64,000 nt of DNA from Acidobacteriota bacterium (GTDB taxonomy: Bacteria; Acidobacteriota; UBA6911): NCBI GenBank assembly GCA_050011535.1, contig JBEKIX010000002.1:32365-96364 (forward strand), read 5' to 3'. A model generated the notes under the pieces. That model saw nothing but the letters and a program-made list of their open reading frames with translations. It ran no database searches and was not told the origin of the DNA. Each line of letters opens with the position of its first letter. The stretch's first letter is position 1. Positions 56,365-64,000 of the stretch are shown here, piece after piece. A program made the translations under genes and the position numbers.

Positions 56365-58011
56365 ATGAAATTTATATTTGTGACGGGAGGCGTGCTTTCG
56401 TCGCTTGGAAAGGGGCTGGCCAGCGCTTCGATTGGATGCCTGTTGGAAGCGCGCGGATACAAAATCAATTTCCTCAAACTGGATCCCTACATCAATGTCG
56501 ATCCGGGTACGATGAGCCCGTTTCAGCACGGCGAAGTCTATGTCACCGACGATGGCGCCGAGACCGATCTGGACTTGGGACACTACGAGCGCTTCACCAC
56601 TGTGCGCTTGACGCGTGACAATAACTCGACGACCGGAAGAATCTACCTCAATGTGATCGAGAAGGAACGCAAGGGCGAATTCCTGGGCAAGACCGTACAG
56701 GTCATTCCGCACATCACTAACGAAATCAAAAACACGATTCGCCGCGTAGCACAGAATGTCGATGTCGCAATCGTTGAGATCGGCGGGACCGTAGGAGACA
56801 TTGAAGGTCTGCCCTTCCTGGAATCGATCCGCCAATTGAGGAATGAGGTGGGTCGTGAAAACTCGCTGTTCATCCACCTGACGCTTGTGCCCTTCATCGG
56901 CACGTCGGGTGAATTGAAAACCAAGCCGACACAGCACAGCGTCAGGGAGTTGCGAGAGATCGGTATTCAACCCGACATTCTGCTCTGCCGCACAGACCGG
57001 CTGTTGCCGCGCGACATCAAGGCAAAAATCGCACTGTTCTGCAACGTTTCCGAAAAAGAGGTGATCACTGCTCTCGATGTCAAAAATATATATGAGGTTC
57101 CGCTGGTTCTCCACAGCGAAGGACTCGATGGCGCTGTCGTGCGCTACCTGAATCTTCCGGCGCATGAACCCGATTTGAGCCCTTGGGAAAATCTGATTCA
57201 CCGACATCAGCATCCGCAGGATCTGGTGCGCATTGGCATCGTCGGCAAGTATGTGGAATATGAGGATTCCTATAAGAGCCTGAATGAGGCACTTTACCAT
57301 GGTGGATTGGCACATCGTGTGGAGGTCGTCCCCAAATGGATCGAATCCGAGGGACTCCTGGACGAGACGCTGGATGAGCAACTCTCGGAATACGATGCCA
57401 TCCTGGTTCCGGGCGGGTTCGGCAAACGGGGCATCGATGGTATGCTGCGCGCGGTCAGGTTCGCGCGCACGCGCAAGGTGCCGTTCTTCGGCATCTGCCT
57501 GGGAATGGAATGTGCGGTGATCGAATTTGCACGCAGCGTCTGCGGGCTGCAGGCCGACAGCTCTGAATTCGATGCGGCCGCGCCCCATCGCGTTTTTTAC
57601 ATGCTGCGCGAACTGCTGGGCACGGATATCATGGGTGGAAACATGCGCCTGGGCGCCTTCCCATGTGTTCTCGACGAGGACTCTCTCGCCTATCGGGTCT
57701 ATGGGAAAAAGGAAATCTCCGAACGACACCGCCACCGTTATGAGTTCAATCGGGAATATGAGGATATTCTTTCCAGTTACGGCATGAAGTTTTCGGGGAA
57801 TTCGCCCGACCGCAACTTTGTTGAAATGATGGAACTGCCAGGACACCCGTGGTTCCTGGGTTGTCAATTCCATCCCGAATTCAAATCCAGGCCCCTGGAG
57901 CCTCATCCTCTGTTTGCCGGCTTTATCGGCGCTGCGCTGCAGCATCGGTTGGAACGAAAGTCGGTGCAGCGGGCGCCGCGCGAAGTGGAAGTCAAGGATG
58001 CCCGAGCCTAG
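56365..58011 (+). CDS. pyrG: CTP synthase
   Basis: [18 protein letters not shown]-terminus. A glutamine amidotransferase domain with GICLGME is present. Confidence 0.95.
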   Translation: MKFIFVTGGVLSSLGKGLASASIGCLLEARGYKINFLKLDPYINVDPGTMSPFQHGEVYVTDDGAETDLDLGHYERFTTVRLTRDNNSTTGRIYLNVIEKERKGEFLGKTVQVIPHITNEIKNTIRRVAQNVDVAIVEIGGTVGDIEGLPFLESIRQLRNEVGRENSLFIHLTLVPFIGTSGELKTKPTQHSVRELREIGIQPDILLCRTDRLLPRDIKAKIALFCNVSEKEVITALDVKNIYEVPLVLHSEGLDGAVVRYLNLPAHEPDLSPWENLIHRHQHPQDLVRIGIVGKYVEYEDSYKSLNEALYHGGLAHRVEVVPKWIESEGLLDETLDEQLSEYDAILVPGGFGKRGIDGMLRAVRFARTRKVPFFGICLGMECAVIEFARSVCGLQADSSEFDAAAPHRVFYMLRELLGTDIMGGNMRLGAFPCVLDEDSLAYRVYGKKEISERHRHRYEFNREYEDILSSYGMKFSGNSPDRNFVEMMELPGHPWFLGCQFHPEFKSRPLEPHPLFAGFIGAALQHRLERKSVQRAPREVEVKDARA

Positions 58012-58035
58012 AATCCAGCACTGCAGCGAAACCTC

Positions 58036-58860
58036 ATGAATCCGGTCACGATTGGCAGCTTGAAACTGAGTCGCGGCGGGCCACCGTTTTTCGTCGCTGG
58101 ACCATGCGTGATCGAGAGCGAAAAACACTGTCTCAAGATCGCTGAAAGACTGGCGGCAATCGCGGAGCGAAGCCGCATCCAACTGATCTTCAAGGCCTCC
58201 TACGATAAAGCCAACCGCACATCGGCCGGCTCTTTTCGCGGGCCGGGTCTGGCAGAAGGACTGCGGATCCTCGAAAAGGCGCGCGCCGTCAGCGGGCTTC
58301 TCATTCTGAGCGACGTGCACGAATCCGCGCAGATCGGCGCCGCAGCGCAGGTCCTGGATGTTCTTCAGATTCCAGCGTTTCTCTGCCGGCAGACAGATTT
58401 GATTCTCGCCGCTGCGCGCAGCGGCCGCGCCGTCAATCTCAAAAAGGGCCAGTTTCTCTCTCCTCTGGAAATGCGCAACGTTCTTGAAAAGGCGCTGTCG
58501 ACAGGTAATCGCAACATTCTGTTGACCGAGCGTGGAACTTTTTTTGGGTACAATAACCTTGTGGTCGACTTTCGTTCTCTCGTCATCATGCGATCGTTCG
58601 GGCAACCGGTGATTTTTGATGCCACCCATAGCGTGCAGACTCCGGGCGGGGCAGGCGACCGGTCCGGTGGACAATCTGAGTTCATTCCTCCTCTGGCGCG
58701 CGCAGCCGTAGCTGCAGGAGTGGACGGGCTTTTTTTCGAAGTGCACGATCATCCCGAGAGAGCGTTATCGGATGGACCCAACGCGCTTCGTTTGCGCTCA
58801 TTTCCGCGGCTCGTGCAGGATCTGCTCGAGATTCACGCCACAGTTTGGAGAAAATCATGA
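58036..58860 (+). CDS. kdsA: 3-deoxy-8-phosphooctulonate (KDO-8-P) synthase
   Basis: FFVAGPCVIESE...FKASYDKANRTS. Confidence 0.9.
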   Translation: MNPVTIGSLKLSRGGPPFFVAGPCVIESEKHCLKIAERLAAIAERSRIQLIFKASYDKANRTSAGSFRGPGLAEGLRILEKARAVSGLLILSDVHESAQIGAAAQVLDVLQIPAFLCRQTDLILAAARSGRAVNLKKGQFLSPLEMRNVLEKALSTGNRNILLTERGTFFGYNNLVVDFRSLVIMRSFGQPVIFDATHSVQTPGGAGDRSGGQSEFIPPLARAAVAAGVDGLFFEVHDHPERALSDGPNALRLRSFPRLVQDLLEIHATVWRKS

Positions 58861-59840
58861 CCCTCCCGGCCGAGCCTGGCGGCGATCCGATAGCCACTGC
58901 CATACGAGTCTTGGAACTTGAGGCTGAAGCTGTGCGTGCTCTGGCTGCTCGCCTGGACTCTTCTTTTGTGCGTGCCGTGGAGGTTGCTGCTGCGTGCACT
59001 GGAAAGATCGCGGTCACGGGAATGGGCAAATCCGGCATCGTCTGCAAGAAAATCGCCGCCACCTTGAGCAGCACAGGATCGCCGGCTATTTTCCTGCATG
59101 CAGCGGAAGCACTGCACGGTGATGTTGGCCTGCTGGGAAAAAACGATGTTGTGCTCGCAGTCTCAAAGAGCGGAGAAACCAGCGAGATCCTGCAGATTCT
59201 CAACGTCATCAAAAGGCTCGGCCTGCCGCTGATCGCCATGTCCGGCGACGCCAACTCCTCATTGGCGCGCCTTGCCGATGTGCACTTGAATGTGAGCGTG
59301 GTCGACGAAGCTTGTCCTTTCGGACTGGCTCCCACAACCAGCACCGCGGCGGCGATGGCCATGGGGGATGCACTAGCCATGGCCCTGATGGAACGAAAGG
59401 GTTTTCGCCTGGAAGATTTCGCGAAGTTTCATTCCGCGGGCAGCATTGGCAAAAAGCTGCTCCGCGTTGGCGACCTCATGCATCGCAGCGAGCAAGTACC
59501 TCTGGTAAGCATTTTGACGCCGATGAGCGAGGTGATTTACGAAATGTCACGCAAGTCCTTGGGGATGACGGCCGTAAGCGACGAAAATGGAAAGCTCGCG
59601 GGCGTGATCTCCGACGGAGATCTGCGCCGGCTGCTGCAGCGTTCGCCGGACCCGCTGCACCAGCGGGCAGGCGATTGCATGACTCGAGCGCCCAAGACCA
59701 TTGCGGCAGAACAGCCGGCCACGGCAGCGCTCGCCCTGATGGAGGAGCTAAAAATCACCAGTCTGGTGGTCATCGACAGTAACCAAAAGGTGGTGGGGAT
59801 CATCCATATCCACGACCTGTGGCGCACGCAGATGTTCTGA
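58857..59840 (+). CDS. kdsD: arabinose-5-phosphate isomerase KdsD/GutQ family (SIS plus tandem CBS domains)
   Basis: SIS motif KIAVTGMGKSGIV and C-terminal CBS pair. ATGA overlap with kdsA. Confidence 0.85.
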   Translation: MTLPAEPGGDPIATAIRVLELEAEAVRALAARLDSSFVRAVEVAAACTGKIAVTGMGKSGIVCKKIAATLSSTGSPAIFLHAAEALHGDVGLLGKNDVVLAVSKSGETSEILQILNVIKRLGLPLIAMSGDANSSLARLADVHLNVSVVDEACPFGLAPTTSTAAAMAMGDALAMALMERKGFRLEDFAKFHSAGSIGKKLLRVGDLMHRSEQVPLVSILTPMSEVIYEMSRKSLGMTAVSDENGKLAGVISDGDLRRLLQRSPDPLHQRAGDCMTRAPKTIAAEQPATAALALMEELKITSLVVIDSNQKVVGIIHIHDLWRTQMF

Positions 59841-59844
59841 AGCA

Positions 59845-59874
59845 TTGACTTGGCGAAGCCTGATTCGCTAATAT
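59845..59874 (+). promoter_or_regulatory. sigma70-like promoter TTGACT-18-TAATAT upstream of tRNA-Gly
   Basis: Read from the sequence. -35 is at 59845-59850 and -10 at 59869-59874. Confidence 0.5.
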
Positions 59875-59893
59875 GAATGCGGCTTGGAGCCTT

Positions 59894-59968
<75 letters not shown>

Positions 59969-60216
59969 TAGAATCAACAACTTACAGACCTCGGGTGACG
60001 TCCTTTGCACCAGTCTTACTGCACAATTCGGATCCGGCGTATGCGAGTGAGAACCGCCGGACCGACGAGGTTCAACATCCTGAGGTGTGCATAGCCTGTT
60101 CGAGGCTGAGGTCCGGCTGCACGTAGACAGCGCCACGTGGATCGGCACCTTGTTGACGGCGGCGGCCCCAAGCATCCCTGCGAGGTTCGAAGCGGGCAAG
60201 CCAGTAGGACTGCGTT

Positions 60217-61176
60217 CTAGCGACTACTCACCGACTCCAGCGCCGGGGCGCCTGGCGAGCGAAGGGTCCGAATATCCCGCATCGGTGGTTGGCCGAAGAG
60301 ACGGCTGTATTCGCGATTGAATTGGCTGGCACTTTCGTATCCGACTTCAAAGGCCGCACTTGCGGCGTCCAGACCATCGATGAGCATGCGCCCCCGCGCT
60401 GCCTGCAACCGAAGCTGCTTCTGATACTGAAGAGGACTCATGGCGGTCAGCGTCCGGAAATGGTTGTACAGCGTGGACAGGCCCATACCCGCGATTTGTG
60501 CGAGATCTTCCACCCGTAGGGGCTTCGCATAGTTCGCCCTGATCCACGCGATTGCCTTTGCTGTGCGGTGGCTCTGATCTCCCAGCGTTGCAATCGCTCG
60601 AAGGCGTGCCCCCTCCGGCCCCCGAAGAATTCGGTAAATGATCTCGCGTTGAACCAGGCCGCTCAGAAAGGGAATGTCCTGCGGAGTGTCCAGTAGGTCC
60701 ATAAGCCGGCAGCAAGCACTCAAGAATTCCACCGTAACTCCACCGGTCGCCATGGCAGGACTTTCAGAGGGCGCCTCAGCCACCTGAATCTCTTCCCGGC
60801 TGAGAAGTTCCCGGATCACGGGCATTTCGAGCCTCAGCGACATCGCTAGACAGGGTACCTCTTCACTGGCTTCGGTGATCTGGCTGACAACAGGCAAATC
60901 GAGCGACGTCAGCAGGTATCGCGACTCACCGTAGGTAAAAGTGGTTCGTCCGAGGTCTACCCGCTTTCGCCCCTGGGCGATCACGGTAATGCCAGGTTCG
61001 TAGGTTGCTGAACAAGGAGCGGTCGGGGCGGTCCGTCGGTGGAGCGTCAGGCCGGGAATTTGCGTTGCCCGATTCTCTGCCGAGCCCATGTGCGCGGCAA
61101 TCTTGCGGGCCAGCTCGGATAGCAATTCGCGAGCTCGGCCTGGTAAAGGACTCTTGTTCTCTTTGCGGTCTGTCAT
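60217..61176 (-). CDS. AraC-family transcriptional regulator (N-terminal AraC_N-like sensor domain, C-terminal dual HTH)
   Basis: C-terminal motifs LAQIAGMGLSTLYNHFR...SPLQYQKQLRLQAARGRM...AFEVGYESASQFNREYSRLFGQPP. Divergent from the AKR gene. Confidence 0.75.
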   Translation of the reverse strand: MTDRKENKSPLPGRARELLSELARKIAAHMGSAENRATQIPGLTLHRRTAPTAPCSATYEPGITVIAQGRKRVDLGRTTFTYGESRYLLTSLDLPVVSQITEASEEVPCLAMSLRLEMPVIRELLSREEIQVAEAPSESPAMATGGVTVEFLSACCRLMDLLDTPQDIPFLSGLVQREIIYRILRGPEGARLRAIATLGDQSHRTAKAIAWIRANYAKPLRVEDLAQIAGMGLSTLYNHFRTLTAMSPLQYQKQLRLQAARGRMLIDGLDAASAAFEVGYESASQFNREYSRLFGQPPMRDIRTLRSPGAPALESVSSR

Positions 61177-61234
61177 AGCAATGGCTCAGCTTACCTCTAA
61201 CCTAGGATAACCGCTGGGCTCTGCGACGCATAGA

Positions 61235-61259
61235 TATTTCTCAACCGCAGAGAGAAATA
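61235..61259. promoter_or_regulatory. inverted repeat TATTTCTC-N9-GAGAAATA in the araC/AKR divergent intergenic region
   Basis: 8-bp arms at 61235-61242 and 61252-61259. Confidence 0.3.
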
Positions 61260-61310
61260 GGCAATTAATCGGGAGGATCAGGATACCGCCTCCGGCGCGA
61301 TCGATCCTAA

Positions 61311-63258
<1,948 letters not shown>

Positions 63259-63274
63259 GCCTCATACGGTTTTA

Positions 63275-63290
63275 ATATTAGGCCTAATAT
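63275..63290. promoter_or_regulatory. perfect 16-bp palindrome ATATTAGGCCTAATAT upstream of the CMD-family gene
   Basis: Exact reverse-complement symmetry. It lies 25 nt upstream of the GAGGAGA RBS/ATG at 63316, in an AT-rich spacer. Confidence 0.35.
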
Positions 63291-63315
63291 ACTCATGACG
63301 ATGAGGAGAATAGCG

Positions 63316-64000
63316 ATGGCTCCCAATGAGCAGGCGCGCAAGAACCACGACGAGCTGTTTCCCGGCCACGTCTCCACCTTGGCGGTGACCGACCCCGAGC
63401 TCATCGAGACCTTCGACAACTTCGCCTTCGACGAGGTGCTCCGTCACGGCAATCTGGACGCCAGGACCCGGCTGATGGTCCAGCTCGCGTCGATGATTGC
63501 CTCACAGGCGCTGCGCGAGTACCGCGTCATGCTCGGCGCGGCGCTCACGGTCGGGGTCACTCCGGTGGAGTTGAAAGAGATCGTCTACCAGGCGGTGCCG
63601 TACGTGGGTATGGCAAAGGTCTTCGACTTCATCCACGCCACCAACGACGTGCTCACCGAGCGAGGCGTTGAGTTGCCTCTGTCGGGCCAGTCCACGACAA
63701 TGCCCGAGAACCGCATGGAGAAGGGCCTTGCGGTGCAGAAGCAGATCATCGGCAGCGATGTCGTCGAGAAGCTTTACTCCTCCTCGCCCAAAGACCAGCT
63801 GTACATTCAGCATTACCTGTCGGCCAACTGCTTCGGCGACCACTACACGCGCACAGGCATCGACGTGCCTACACGCGAACTGCTCACCTTCAGCATGCTT
63901 GTCTCGCTTGGTGGATGCGAAGCACAGGTCAAGGGGCATGTCGCCGCAAACCTCAAGGTTGGCAACAATTGCGCACGGCTGATCGATGTGTTGACCCAGT
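63316..64000 (+). CDS. carboxymuconolactone decarboxylase (CMD/AhpD-like) family protein, tandem CMD domains; 3' end beyond window
   Basis: MAPNEQARKNHDELFPGHVSTLAVTDPELIETFDNFAFDEVLRHGNLDARTRLMVQLASMIASQA... The gene is absent from the ORF track because no stop occurs before the window end. GC3 is very high relative to the rest of the window. Confidence 0.65.
   Translation, partial: MAPNEQARKNHDELFPGHVSTLAVTDPELIETFDNFAFDEVLRHGNLDARTRLMVQLASMIASQALREYRVMLGAALTVGVTPVELKEIVYQAVPYVGMAKVFDFIHATNDVLTERGVELPLSGQSTTMPENRMEKGLAVQKQIIGSDVVEKLYSSSPKDQLYIQHYLSANCFGDHYTRTGIDVPTRELLTFSMLVSLGGCEAQVKGHVAANLKVGNNCARLIDVLTQ

Noticed and set aside
56332-58752. 806-codon ORF on the minus strand
   Set aside because: It lies entirely antisense to pyrG and kdsA, whose + strand products have unmistakable motifs. 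Long stop-free antisense frames are expected at this GC content. No recognisable domain was found in its translation.
59969-60216. Possible integrase remnant or attachment site after tRNA-Gly
   Set aside because: No ORF with integrase motifs was found. No repeat of the tRNA 3' end could be identified within the window.
63502-63939. 145-codon minus-strand ORF
   Set aside because: Antisense to the CMD-family gene. The + frame has an RBS plus ATG and a coherent high-GC3 codon pattern.

Overview
This 64-kb window is a GC-rich (~58-60%) chromosomal segment from a Gram-negative bacterium, probably Acidobacteriota. Features suggesting this are a long TonB with poly-proline tracts, a FecR/Trp-rich orphan protein, and an HprK-containing rpoN cluster. 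The taxonomic call is inference only.

The window is densely coding and mostly housekeeping. Two genes run off the window edges (secF at the 5' end, a CMD-family gene at the 3' end). Content, in order:
- secF (partial), then a tonB-exbB-exbD-exbD-TPR lipoprotein operon.
- rel/spoT-ridA, a divergent SDR and hbd-recA pair, and RNase P RNA (rnpB), which is hidden under antisense ORFs in the six-frame track.
- A minus-strand LPS inner-core heptose cluster: lpxK, waaF, gmhB, hldA, hldC, waaC and a DUF3108-like gene.
- ggt, argD, lipA, nfeD plus an SPFH/stomatin gene, a SPOR protein, and lnt.
- prfB with its classic programmed +1 frameshift, which the ORF track splits into two ORFs.
- A long supraoperon with a fused LptC-LptA (840 aa), lptB, rpoN, a long-form hpf, hprK, rapZ, an EIIA of the mannose family, ptsH and ptsI.
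- A FecR/DUF6600-like protein, msbA, yicC-gmk-rpoZ-coaBC-era, a family-4 UDG, priA, a CDF transporter, and two small membrane proteins.
- An AT-rich-promoter operon of two Ddl-family ATP-grasp ligases, a GNAT and a short lysine-2,3-aminomutase-like radical-SAM enzyme. This is the most system-like candidate for something uncharacterised.
- pyrG-kdsA-kdsD and tRNA-Gly(CCC), followed by an accessory-looking AraC / tandem aldo-keto reductase (second copy decayed) / CMD-family block.

No CRISPR arrays, transposases or integrases were seen. All coordinates were derived by hand from the printed sequence. Domain calls are from motif recognition, not database searches.
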